DNA from: Hydrolagus colliei
Lineage: Eukaryota
Assembly: GCA_035084275.1 (NCBI GenBank)
Contig: CM068747.1
Coordinates: 21,762,001 to 21,826,000, forward strand
Length of the DNA: 64,000 bases
Direction of reading: 5' to 3'
Both the position numbers and the translations under genes were made by a program. The notes under the pieces were generated by a model. The model made no database searches. It was not told the DNA's origin and was given only the letters and a program-made list of their open reading frames with translations. Shown piece after piece: positions 50,404-62,905 of this stretch. Each line of letters opens with the position of its first letter. Positions within the stretch are counted from its first letter, which is position 1.

Positions 50404-52772
50404 ACATGAATGAATAGTACTTGTTCTATCAATAGAATAATACTGAAATTAAGTAAAACTTTTAAGTAATTTAAAATGAAATGTGTCCAGCCCAGAATCT
50501 GAACATTGTAAATGTTGGCACTTTTAAAAAATCTTTACAGTATCTGCCTCACTCTCTTGAACACCAAATTTGGGTTTTGACACATTGTATTTTCTTTTCA
50601 AAACAGAACCGGGCAATTTCTTCGAAGTTAAAAAGGATTATTAGATAATGTAATAGATGGTTTGAAGGCCTCTTTTGGGAGGGAGGTTGGTTGGTTGGGT
50701 TGGCCAAGGTTACTCCTTCTTAAAACTGTTACTCTCTAACTATAGATAGGGATAGCAATTATAAACAATTCTCTGGGTTGATATTGTTATGACTGAGTAG
50801 CAATAACATGGAATACTGACACTTTCCAGTGAGAGATTCTATGCAATTGTTTCAATGCTTCAGTGTAGAACTGATTTGCAGATGTGCCGTGGCCCGAGAA
50901 TCTTTAATAGCTTGATAGCTTTTGTTTCTGTCCCTCTAGGGTTATTTACTGAACACTGCTGATGTAGGTTAAACACTTCACAATTTACCCCAAATGATTG
51001 CTGCAAGGCACATCAAATTTCAATTGCGGAGTAAATTAACCCAGTGGTAATCAGTGGTAATTCTGGTGCCAGACAAATAAGGTGCAATTTACAAAGGAAT
51101 ACCACAGTCAATCCAGGAAGAAAAGTTACTGAACATAAATCCCATCCACCCTAGTTATTTCTATGTGTAAGTGTTTTCCCCACAATGTTAAGTTGATGGA
51201 TGAAATTATTATGGCGACGGTGATGCTTTAATTCCATCACCCCTGTTGAATATGTTTATCACATGTAATTTATTTTATCGTGTAATTTGGTTTATCGCAC
51301 AGTTTGAACATGCAACGCAGTGGAAATCTCCTATTTATCATTATGTCACAGGCCTTCATTGGGAGTAATGAATTTATAGCAACAGTTTTGTACAGTAATC
51401 GCCGGTGTAAAGCAACAGTGGAAAAATGTTCCCACAAAACAATTAAGAGTCTTCTTTTGATGTCATCGTTCAATCCATGCTTGAAGGCATCGGTAGCACT
51501 TTCGTTACACTGCAGATTTAACATTCTATGCTTTTCAGAACATTCCCCTTTAATTCAAGTTGACTATTGGGGCTAAGATTTATCTAACAGTCAAGCTTAA
51601 AGTAATCGTGTCAGAATGCTCATTTTATTTTATGGTTTGAGGAGAAGAATCTATACCTCCAACCACAGCATTGAAGCCGCATTCCCGATAACAGACGAAT
51701 GACACCATATTCCACGGATAATGCTCCACATGTATTATTAATGAAGAATGTCACTGCTGCCATCATGGGTTGTTGTCTATAAACAATCCATCAGTCCTGG
51801 CATCCTCATTACATTCACAATGGAGCAGCAATATGTAAATATGGTCGATTCCTGTTCTGAATGAATAACACCATTACCATCAAATGTTTTTCTTCGCTTA
51901 TCACAAATTCAGAGTTTGGCTGCCACACCGTTCTTGTATACATTTTCAATTGTAATGGAGATTTTGCAGTTCAACCAGTTATTTAGAGAAGAGCCCAGGT
52001 TGACTCACCAATTAACCTCCTTTTCCTTTGGGGACATAACCATGATCCTAAATTTAGGAAGTCACTGCGAGGGGAATAGTCGCTGCAGTCCCATAATTTA
52101 ATAGTTTATGCTACAATAATACTTTGTTGCTCACTCACTCACAAAATTCCCACTGTTATTATGTTTTTCGTGTTGGCAAATAATATGGCGTGAAAAATAA
52201 TAGCTGCTTTTTCTTTATCGAAAGCGATTGTTTTTCTACCATCATTGGGAGAATTGGTCCTTTAGTATGGACTGGATCTTTACCAAGGTGAATACATGGG
52301 ATAATGGGCCTTCAGTTTTACCAAAGTGAACACCGTAGTCCCTTTTACAAACTATTTTGAATATTTCATTAAAAAATATTCACTTGTATATACTGTACAT
52401 AAGTTACATTTACTAATATGTATTATGCTATGAACATGGTTAGCTTGTATCATTTTCAAATCACAGATGGCTGTGTAATATATAACAGATATTTTTCTTT
52501 GTGAATAACTCCCACTCTACCGTTTCCATTTCTGCTGGTATGATAATGAAGCCTAATCCTCGTACAAATTCAAGTATTTGCCAGCATGTTTTGACAGTCG
52601 AGTTTGATGTCGGTAGGAAAGGTGTATAAGTACACAAGGCTCTTTATCTCAAATGGAATTAATTGTTTTCTAAAAAGGATGTCAGAAATAGCTCATTGGA
52701 CAATAGATCAAGAGCTTTTATTTTGTAGCAATCCTTAAAAGATAGATCACTTCACACGCTGTCTTGGGACTT

Positions 52773-52841
52773 CAGCGCCTTGGGACGTCCTCCCGACGTG
52801 AAAGGCGCTCTATAAATGTAAATTGTTGTTGTTGTTGTTGT
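52773..52841 (+). mobile_element. Very short L2 3'-end insertion
   Basis: CAGCGCCTTGGGACGTCCTCCCGACGTGAAAGGCGCTCTATAAATGTAAA(TTG)6, near-identical to the tail of the L2 at 10902. Confidence 0.85.
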
Positions 52842-53751
52842 CTGTAGAATGCTAATTTACGTAACCTTTTGATGCTGCTCTGCTGTTCAGATTTACCTTG
52901 TGCTTCTTAGTACTTCTCAGCCATAAACCCACCCCTCACAAGATCATAAGATTGTTTTGGATACAGAAGGCTCTTTGGCCTATCAAATCTTTTACTTTCA
53001 GAACACCCAACCAACTGTGCCCCTATCACAACATCAAGCTGCTTTTTTAAATGAAATGCATTTGATGTATTGATCTACTCTAGTTCATATACTGTACGCA
53101 CTTGGATGATAGAGAAGGAGCAAGATAGTTGCATGTACTTAGATGATGGAGCGCATTGAGGAGATTAGGATGGAAATGAGTGGAGGGGAGAAGGTTTGTG
53201 AGAGCAGTGTAATGCTTCTATCATACATTGCAAATGTGGCTCAATCCATGAATCATACAGGATTAAAATAACCTATTTTGGCGTATAATGAAATGCTCTC
53301 AGGTTGATAACAGTTTCACGTCAACTGGATACAGAATTTCAGTCAATGGCCATTCATTCTGCTTCTTGGTCAGAAATAACTCCAGGTGATGGTTTCAGAA
53401 TCAAATTGATGTGCACGACTGCACAATACCTCCAGCTTAACTTTTCGACTAGCCCGAAATTAAGTTTGAGGCTTCCAGGCAGTCAGCTGTTAATGCTGTT
53501 AAGGAACCACCCACACCCCTGACTCTTTAATAACTTTAAAATGAGCCTTTGCACATCTGATGAGTTGCAAAGCCGAGAGCTTGGTGTTACTTGAGCTCAG
53601 TGCTGCAGATAGCTGGTAGTCTACTAATGGTTTCTTTCCCCGAATCACTGCACTATGGGCTCCTCATTGAATCTGTGTCTCCAAGATAAAAGGGGCAAAG
53701 GGGAGAATAATAACATAAACTTACCTTTACGTAGAACCTTTCATGCAATAC

Positions 53752-54331
53752 AACAACAACAACTTTGATTTATATAGCGCCCTACATGCTGGACGGCGTC
53801 TCAGAGGGTTGCGCAATAACGGATCCCAGGACCGAGACAGGGGCAGGGGGAGAAAGGTGACCAAAGGCGTGGTCGAAGAGAAAGTTCTTTAACTGTGACC
53901 TGAAACTGGGAAGAGAGGGAGCGAGGCGAAGGGAGTGAGGAAGGGAGTTCCAGAGCCTTGGGACGCAGGGGCTGAAGGCACGGCCACCGATGGTGGAGCG
54001 GAGGATTCAGGGGACAAGGAGGAGGCTAAACCCAGTGGAGCAAAGGCAACGGGAGCTGGTTTGAGGAGACAGCAGGTCGAAGAGGTAGGGGAGTGCAGAG
54101 GAGTGGAGGGATTTGAAAACAAGGATGAGGATCTTGAAATCGATTCTCAGAGAGCCAGTGAAGTCTGGCAAGGACTGGAGTAATGGGGGAGCGAAGTTTA
54201 CTGCAGTTGAGAATGCAGGTGGCAGAGATTGTGGTGGTGGGGAGACCGGCGAGGAGGGCATTGGAATAGTCCAGTCGAGAGGTGGCAAAGGTACGGACAA
54301 GGGTTTCAGCAGCTTTTGGGGTGAGATATTT
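53752..54331 (-). mobile_element. L2 3' fragment (same subfamily as 2603-4187)
   Basis: YLTPKAAETLVRTFATSRLDYSNALLAGLP.., PVLARLHWL and RIDFKILILVFKSLH. Candidate TSD CAATAC at 53746 and 54332. Confidence 0.92.
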
Positions 54332-54659
54332 CAATACTGTATAAACGTCTTGAAAAACACCAATTAGCAAAATTATTTTCTCCTAATTCAAAATCGAGAC
54401 TTTTATTTTTGTACAAATCAAAACTGTAGATATGAAATATAATTTTAAAATTATAAATTGAATTATAGGATTTTAAAACTCAATTTGGTATCTCTGCTGG
54501 CCACTGCTTTCTGCATACTCACAGTACGGTGTGCAGGCTTTCATCACGATGACACTGCTAAACGTAGCTTGCAATACTCTGCTGCTGCAATAATCGCAAG
54601 ATGGTTTGGCAAAGAGAAAGAAATAATCTCCAGTAATGTGAAACAATTTGATTCCTGAG

Positions 54660-54713
54660 CAGCGATCTGACATCTCTTTATTGTTTCAGCGATCTGACAT
54701 CTCTTTATTGTTT
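54660..54713. repeat. Perfect 27-bp tandem duplication
   Basis: CAGCGATCTGACATCTCTTTATTGTTT x2. Confidence 0.97.
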
Positions 54714-55974
54714 CCAAAACGCTGTCATGGAATGGTTCAATTGCAGTGCCTTTGCATGGCCTAATCAATAGCTGCTGCTTTTCAATAGAAAGATGGAGAG
54801 AGATGCGCTTCACCTTATCAGTGAAGCGCAGCTCAACCTTAAGATGAAAAATAAGCAAGCTCATCAGCAAGCCAGGCTGTGAACGTACCGGAACAGCTCT
54901 TAAATGATAGGAACCAAATACCAATATCGGTAACCCGTACTCTGACAAATCTTTCATAAAGTCTTGTTGAGGTTTTAATTCCTGTAAAAGTTAGAACACC
55001 AGGTGTGAAATAGGTTATATCAGCATATAATACGTCAGACCCTGAGGAATGCAGAATGCAACATCTATTTTGCCAATTTTTTCAACACGTTTGAGCATTA
55101 AATTGAATGATACGGTGAGACCAGGCTGCTTTAATGGGATGGAGAACCAGCTTTTGGATTTTATTTTGAAGAGGTTCACAGTTTTGAAGTGAAGCGCTAT
55201 AACCAGTCCGTTCCTCCATATAACTTACATTAATGAGGCTGTAAGTTGAAACTTTAAAGCTTGTTAGTGGCTGCTTTAGCTCAGGTCCAATCCTCTTGAG
55301 TCATCCTGATTATTTGCGATTGTGTTGCTCATCTTGGAAGAATAGATAGAATTTGTAACAGGCCAAGTTTGAGGAGATTAATTGATTCACAAATCCATTT
55401 TACACATGGCTCCCTTTCCACTCATGAAATACCATCCCGAGAAAGAGTAGTACCAATGTCTAAGGCTTTCTGCAACCTGACAGCCAAAATGAGGAGTGAG
55501 AACAATTATAATAGCAGCACAGAACAGCAAAACCTGTTACCATGGCAATCGTGAGTGAAAGCTTACTATAATGAGCAATGGTGCCAGAAATCCTAGTATG
55601 TCGTGGGTATTAAAACAGAAATACGATTGATTTTTTTTTCCTGGCGAAAAATCATCTTTATGTGCAAGCTTTTAAGCAAATTTTGCCATTGAAATATTCC
55701 CAAATATTTTTTCAAATATCGTAGAAAATCACAATTCCGAGGCAAATTTTTGAATCTTTGCTGCTCTTTGAAAGCGTACGTATCGTGCTGAACTGAATGC
55801 CCAGGATTTCTTTGAATTCACACAAGAGCATTTTCTCTATTAAGATAAATATCCATGAGTAACAAATGCACATGGGAAATGTTCAAAGGTGTGAAGAAGG
55901 AAGGTTCAAACTAGACTGTGTGGATACAGAGTGGGGGGTGAAAACATTTTTCTATCATTGCATTAAATGTATAT

Positions 55975-56398
55975 ATTTATATCGCCCACAAAAATGCAGT
56001 TAATCCACTTTACCACATGTTTCTGTGAGGCACACTGTGATGCCTCGAAGACATGATAAGGTGCTATATCAAATACCGTACAAGGATTAATATTATTACA
56101 GGAGTTCTGTAGCTCAGTAGTCAGAGCTGTCGCCTTACGAGCATGAGACCCATGTTCGAATGCAGGGAGGCCAAAACCTTGGGCAAGTCTCATTGCTCCA
56201 CACGACCAATAATAATTCCTCCAAAAAAAAATACAATAAATTGTTCATTTCAATCCACGACTGTTTGTGGGACACGGCTGCGCACAATTGGCCCACATAT
56301 GCAGTCAATTCACTTTACAGTATATTTTATGAAGCGCTTTGAGATGTCTAGAAGATGTGAGAAGTGCTCTATCAAATGCAAGGATTTTTATTATTATT
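55975..56398 (+). mobile_element. Two head-to-tail SINEs (3' fragment 55975-56098, near full copy 56100-56398)
   Basis: A tail directly followed by the GGAGTTCTGTAGCTCAGTAG head, core and tail. Confidence 0.88.
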
Positions 56399-57284
56399 TA
56401 AGTAGGGTGTAATTATCAAGTAAAATGCATCCTCATAAATGGTTTCTGGAATTGACACAATATTTAACAGCAATATGAATTAAAATCTAACATCTAAGAA
56501 TGGCATCAATAAATTTCACTTCCGATTTAGGAGTTCATTTGTTAATTTGTATGAAAATGTTAATTTCTGATTTCTTTCAGTAATGAAAATGAATCATGAC
56601 AATTTGATGAGGTTTAAGCATGACATATATATCCATGTACTGCAGTGAAGAATTAAAAGTTGCTAAAATAATAAATTAAAAGAATATCTGAACAGGAAGG
56701 GGACATTTGCTCCATTGAGAAAGTTCCACCTTTTATTCGATTACTGCAGCTCATATATCTAAACCCATTTTGCTGCTCTTTTATCCATAACCCTTTACTT
56801 TCCAAGCATCCATCTATCTCCGTTTTAAACATCTAAATCAATTCTCCATTTGTAGCCTCCCGGGATACTGTGTGTGTTTTCACAATACTTTACTTGCTGT
56901 TTCATTTCAGAAATTTCTGAATTATTGAAGATGAATTTTATGGATGTGGTGAAGGCTCACCTCCCTCCATGGCACCATTCTCCACATCAATGTTTGTGAG
57001 ACCAGGCTGTGCCTTAGATTTCTGTCTCGTGGCTTTTAACTGATGCTTAGGAGGGCAGCTGCTTTATTTTGGTTTCACAAAAAGCAGCTTACTGTCAGTC
57101 AAGAACCACAACCCATGATGCTGTGATGGGTGGAGGGGAGTGTGAAAAAGTGAGATCAAATAGACTTTCTTCATCCAAACTTCATCCAAGCCAAAAATGA
57201 AAGGCTTCAGTGGACATCATGTAGCACATGTCCTCCACTTCTCCGTCCCTCGTCGCCTCCACGCCAACAAAAGCGTCCGTGCTT

Positions 57285-57525
57285 TTACCCAGGCAGGTCA
57301 AGGCGAAACCTTGGGCAAGTTTCCTTACTCCACACGCCCAACAATAATCCCTCAAAAAAAAAAATGTATTTAAATCCATGACTGTTTATGAGACACTACT
57401 GTGCGCAATTGGCTGCCACGTTTCACCCACAAATATACAGTCAATACAGTGTATTCTGTGAAGTGCTTTGAGGCATCTAGAAGACGTGAAAAGCGCTATA
57501 TTAATACAATGATTATTATTATTAT
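57285..57525 (+). mobile_element. tRNA-derived SINE, head-truncated
   Basis: GGCGAAACCTTGGGCAAGTTTCCTTACTCCAC, then core and tail. Confidence 0.88.
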
Positions 57526-57529
57526 ACAT

Positions 57530-57745
57530 CCCGAAACTCTGGAACTCCCAGCCTCAATCCTTTTGCCTTGCCCCCTCCTTGCCCATCTTCAGGTTGCACA
57601 TGAAGACTTTCCTCTTTGAAGATGCCTACGGTCACCTCCCCTCTCTGCCCAACTTAGCGTCAAGTCCGGTACTGCGTTAAAAGCTCCAAGACGTGTCCCC
57701 CCCACCCCATGTGAAGGGTGCAATATAATTGCAAGTTGTTGTTAT
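57530..57745 (+). mobile_element. L2 3' fragment
   Basis: AAACTCTGGAACTCCC..CTTCAGGTTGCACATGAAGAC..GTGAAGGGTGCAATATAATTGCAAGTTGTTG, homologous to 62700-62905. Confidence 0.75.
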
Positions 57746-59551
57746 TGTAGCACTACTACAAAGTTCAGGCTGGTCAAAAAATGTACCCTAAGCAAGCACA
57801 ACTGGACAGAGACACAATGGTGCTCAGTGATGATGAATAGTGTGCAGAGCACTTGATAAAGCATTTTTCGAGGCTATAATGATCAGTTGATTTATGAATC
57901 ATTAAAGAATAAAGTGCAGCCTGTCATCCTGGTTACTTAAATGAGTGACAACCTGCCCTTGGACTGACTGATGTATCACTTATGTCCAGTCAGCTTAATT
58001 AAGTCTCAAGGTGATGTTACACAAAGGTCTCGCAAGCGAGCTTTAGTTTTAGCAGAAAAGATATGGAACAAAAGATACTTTATATTTTGCATAGTATTTT
58101 TGCACCAACTTATGCAATGTTTCTGCCACAGCACAGGAAGCGAAGAAACTTTATATAATGAGTAAATCGAAAGTTAGTGCATTTTCTCATCAGCAGAAGT
58201 TACAATAATTTACATTTATATAGCACCATTCATGAAAAAGGAACATTTCTAACTCCTCCACAGAATGAGATGAATTAGAGGAAAAGTGAATGTTGTGGAG
58301 TTAAAGGCAGCAGCTAATTTTCGGCCACAATCAAAGCATTTGCCCTATCACTAAAGACAACCTGCCTGGGATTTACAGAGAAATGGAGAACAAAAAAAAA
58401 CACACACAACAAACACTGATATGTGAAGCTTTTATTTAAAAAACGTTTAAAATTAGAAATGAAATCAAGACCAATTGCGCAGAGTCAAATTGGTTTACTG
58501 GATTGCGAGAGCAATCTCAATCTAGAAATCATTTTAGAGCAAAAATGCTACAACTGGCTCCTGGTAAACAATTACGATACAAACGCCTGTTTTCCAATTC
58601 AAACAAAGTAACCTTGGACTCAAAAAGTAATTATCCTTTCTGTCTAGTTTGGGAATCAGTTCCCTGTTTAAACGTCTATTTGTCAGTCCTACTGCCGAAA
58701 ATAATCATATCACCCAAAGCCAAAGCTATGCTGTTCAAAAATTACAACACTTTTGAGGGAGATTGTATCATTTTGGGCAATAATTATCTATACACCTTAT
58801 CAACCATCCCTGTTTCTATCCTCTGTATTTATAGTCAGTATTGCACTCCACTTGTCGATAGTCTTTGTGATTTATTTGTAATTTCTTCAATGTAACTTAT
58901 GTTCATTGCGGGGTGTGGGGGGGTGGGGGTGGGGGGGGGTGGGGGTGGAGGTGGGGGGGGGGGGTGATTTATATTGACTTGCAGTGTTTTGATAGTTTGC
59001 ACTGGATTCAAGTTTTTATGCATCAGAAGCCAAATGGCGATAAAGTTCCGCTTGTGATTCAACAATCCCAAAGACAAAATTCTATCATTAAATGGAATTA
59101 CTGTCGCGTCATGTAGCATTGAAAAATCCGAGTGTCACATAAAAGTCAATTTTATTCCTCCGCTTGGTAGCAGGCATGTTAGTATTTAGCTGCTGATAAA
59201 AGGGCTGGAAAAAAGAAATCTGAATTGCTTTGATCATTTTGACTGCTGACTCCAATTTGAGAAACGTCCATGGGCCGCATAAGAAATATTTTTGTGTTTC
59301 CCTTCCAGAAACATAACATAAACTGGTTATGGATGGGGGGTGGGGTGGGGCGTTGTAGTTGGACCATCCTGCCTGAATGCTGATAGCTACTCTCTATCTC
59401 TCCTTTGGCATGATAGGATCCCGTTAGCTCACTTTGGCAATGCCATTATTATGGGAGAGTTCACAATGTGCAACTCTTGGCTAATCTAAAAATTCAGCAA
59501 TTTGTAGTACTGTACTGTAATTGCTATTGTGTTTTTCGCGGCCACTTCAAT

Positions 59552-59815
59552 GTGCTACAATGTTGGAGGTGCTGTCCTTTAGATAAGATATTTAACAAAG
59601 GTCCTGTTTAGATGAATGTTAAAGATCCAATGGCACTACTCGAGTGGGTGAGGGGGTGCGGGGGGAGGGGGGAAGGGTGTTCCTTCTAGTGCCTTGAGAA
59701 CAATTAAATGGTTCTTAAAATTGAGTGATTACAAAATACATCTATGAATCCTATGAATTGCTTTGAGACATCCTCCCAACGTAAACGGCACCCTAGCAAA
59801 TGGAAGGATTTCTTT
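59552..59815 (+). mobile_element. Ancient Deu-domain SINE relic (SacSINE1/AmnSINE1-like)
   Basis: GGAGGTGCTGTCCTTTAGATAAGATATTTAAC..GATGAATGTTAAAGATCCAATGGCACTA matches the recalled Deu-domain consensus (GGAGGTGCCGTCTTTCGGATGAGACGTTAAAC..GTAAAAGATCCCATGGCACTA). L2-type tail at ~59760-59815. Confidence 0.65.
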
Positions 59816-60829
59816 AATTAACACAATTTTCCTTTGTAGCTGTAAATTTACATATTAAGTTCACTAGCCATTTTATTCTCCACTAGTAGAGAGTCCCAGT
59901 GGTGTATTTTAACTGTCTTAATAATAGAGCTAAGATACTGACTCTTAAGATTCTCTTTTTAATTGTTGATTAATTTGAGGGAGTTTGCTTAATTTTGATG
60001 TTGTAAGATTTACCACGGTTACATTTCAAAGACCTCGGGGTATTATTTTAGGGCTGTTTGAGTCTATAAGAGTAAAATTTCAGTTCTTCATTTCAGGATC
60101 TCCATGTTGAGACTGATATTCCCAGTAATCAATAAATCAAGTGCAACAAGACCTTATTTTGTCAAAGTTTAATCTCTCTGAAACCATTGCTTTTCTGTCA
60201 GTTCAGGGGTTACACTGGTAAAAAAAAAATTAACGTCTGTGGTTTGATTCAATTAAACTGCATTCTAGTAACTGTGCAGCATGTTGCAACCTATGCATCA
60301 CATTTTATGGTGGTTAGGAGCAAATTGGCTCTGACTATTTATAGACGCTGCAGATCTGCTAATTTAATAGGGCAGATTGGGTTCCATCTTCTAAAAATGA
60401 ACTTGACATATAAGAGATGAAAACATCTTGAAACATAATGAGATATTTTAAGCTTGGAGATTCTGTTACTAGTTCCACTCTTTATGCAAATACACCCAGC
60501 CTAATCTATTTCCTATTATGAATGGGTTTCACGGTAGCCTGGAAAGATTTAAGAAAGAGTGAATGGTCCCTTGCTTGCTTTGTAACGCTCACTGAGAAAC
60601 AGCATGGACGCAAAGTGCTACTTCATTAAAAATATAATTATTCCGAGTCACTTAGTTCATGTTTGATTCTGATAGTGACAAATACAACAACATGGGACAC
60701 ATTGATCTATATAACATAATGTTTACATTGGATTTGGTGTTGTGACTGCTGTATTTATTGTTTCTGGCTCTTAACTCTTCTCTCTCTCCCCCTCTCTCTT
60801 ACTTTCTGTTTATCTGTTATCCGTGTCTA

Positions 60830-60975
60830 TAGACACCACTGCGCACAATTGGCTGCCACGTTTTGCCCACAGACTTTACCATCAATGCATGTTACAAAAT
60901 ATTCTGTGAAGTGCTTTTGAGGTGTCTCAATGATGAGATAAGGCATTATATTCAAACGTAAGGATTATTATTATT
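60830..60975 (+). mobile_element. SINE 3' half
   Basis: CTGCGCACAATTGGCTGCCACGTTTTGCCCAC plus tail. Confidence 0.85.
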
Positions 60976-61469
60976 TCTGAGTCAGTCAAGCCACTCTTTT
61001 TCCCACTCCTTCTGTTTCTTTCATCCTTTTTCTATATCTCCTTGAACCTCATAATGCACCTCAATATGAATCATACAGATTATATTATTTGTGTAGTAAA
61101 GGATCACAATAGTGACAAGCAGTGAAGTTCCATAGAGTTGTTCTCGTGTTGCTCTAGACAATGGGGAACCACTACAGAAAGTTTTATTCAGTGTTAAGCT
61201 CTCCAGCCAAATTCTCCACCAATATAACCTCAAGAAAATTACCATGATAAGATGGGTTGCGGCAGCCGACCATATTACATGTGGTGAGCTGCGTGGGCCT
61301 AGTTCTGCCAACTTGGGAAAGACCGAGAACCAGGCAAATGTTGGGCAATCTCGATGAGGGTTAATCTAAGAGTTTGGGCCACATTGACATATGTCTAGGT
61401 TCCCAGTTAGCGAGTGGCACTGGTGAAAAGTGGGCAGTTAAACTCCAGTCCCTTCAGTTGCATATACTA

Positions 61470-61770
61470 TGTGTTGGGCTAACACTTCAAGAAGAAATGA
61501 TACTTGCAACAAATGACCTGAATGGGGTGGTATTTGCGAGGAAAAAATCAGCCAGTGTTAATGATTTTGATCACTACAGTTCCTGGCTTCCCAGCTGGAA
61601 GGTTTAGGTGTGAAAAAGCTTAGATTTGGTTGTGATGTTCTCTGATACACAGACTGTTCAGGTTTATTTCTGAAGAATACTCGATAAGATTAAATACCAG
61701 ATGGTGGTAGTTCTGTGGAACCATATCCAAGCATGTCAGCACCTTTAAGAGAGAAGGTTAGAGAGAAGAA
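61470..61770 (+). mobile_element. Ancient AmnSINE2-like SINE relic
   Basis: GGAAAAAATCAGCCAG..TGATCACTA..GCTGGAA..TTGTGATG..GAAGAAT..GTGGAACCATATCCAAGCATGTCAGCACCTTTAAGAGAGAAGG follow the recalled consensus in order. Confidence 0.55.
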
Positions 61771-62699
61771 GCTTGCATACTTCAAGGTATTTACCACATT
61801 TGGGACATCTAGAAGACGTGAAAAGCGCTATATCAAATGCAAGAATTATTATATTATTATTAACTATTATACCATGAAACCTTCTGGTAATTAATGCTAT
61901 TATTGGCAATATGCTTCTTTGATGAGCATCTATTTTGGGTGGGGTGGGTGGGAGTGGGCAGGTGGTGGTGGTGGGTGAGGGGTGGGGGAATGAATGAAAA
62001 TGAAGAAAGCGAAACTAACATTCACTGATTGTGGGAATGTTTTTTTCTTCCGCCACCCTAGATCTGAAAGTTAGTATTAAATTGGCTAAAGAAATGATTT
62101 TTTTTGGAACAATAAATCATATCACAGTCTCGAATAAAAGATCAGAGAAAGTCACTGAGCTCCAGTATTGATGTACTGTGCAGTTTATCGCATGATGTGG
62201 AGCTAGTGCTAATGCTGTGTTTCATGACCATATATCAAGTTAATTTACACACCAGGCTTTTCCTATACCATATAATGAGCTGCTTTGTTGCAATACACTC
62301 CATTTTGTGCTATCAGGGTTGACCAGTTGGCCAGGGCACTTTATCGAGAGTGATCTGACAGATTGCTGTTATTTGTCGCTCAGCATTTCAGTAAATTATC
62401 TGGTTTCTCACATTGAGCTTGATGTAGTGACTTCTCAACACGTTCTCTTTACCACGCAACAATAATCATTCAAAGGAATTGCACATCTCAAACTACCTTT
62501 TTAACATTCAATCTTCATTTCTTTGCACTGTTTTGGGAGCTAGCTGTAAAATATAAAAACCTAGGAGGGGAAAGGGTTATGCGTGTATGTTTTTTTTAAA
62601 AAAAAACTCCTGTTGAGATTTGGGTGGTGCTGACAGACTGTTTATTGCCTCTCCCTGAAGTCCTGAAAAAATGATATTGGACCTTCTCTTCAAACTGCT

Positions 62700-62905
62700 G
62701 TCGAAACTCTGGAACAATCTTCCTCTATCCCTCCTCCTTGCCCCTTCCTTCCCCATCTTCAGGTGGCACCTGAAGACCTTCAGATTTGAATGAGCTTACA
62801 GCCACCTCCACCTCCCTCCTTGTGGCTTGACATCGTTCTCCACCACTGTCAAGCCCTCTGGGATGCTACCCTGTGTGAGGGGTACTATATAAATGCAAGT
62901 TGTTG
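62700..62905 (+). mobile_element. L2 3' fragment
   Basis: Homologous to 57530-57745, ending CTATATAAATGCAAGTTGTTG. Confidence 0.75.

Noticed and set aside
51000-52350. Possible decayed Gypsy integrase or Harbinger transposase on the minus strand (YPWNMVS, HDYF, KHG, GIK..FHPST, GFNAVVGGID words)
   Set aside because: The words lie in different frames with many stops and their spacing does not fit either family. A tblastx/HMM search would be needed to support it.
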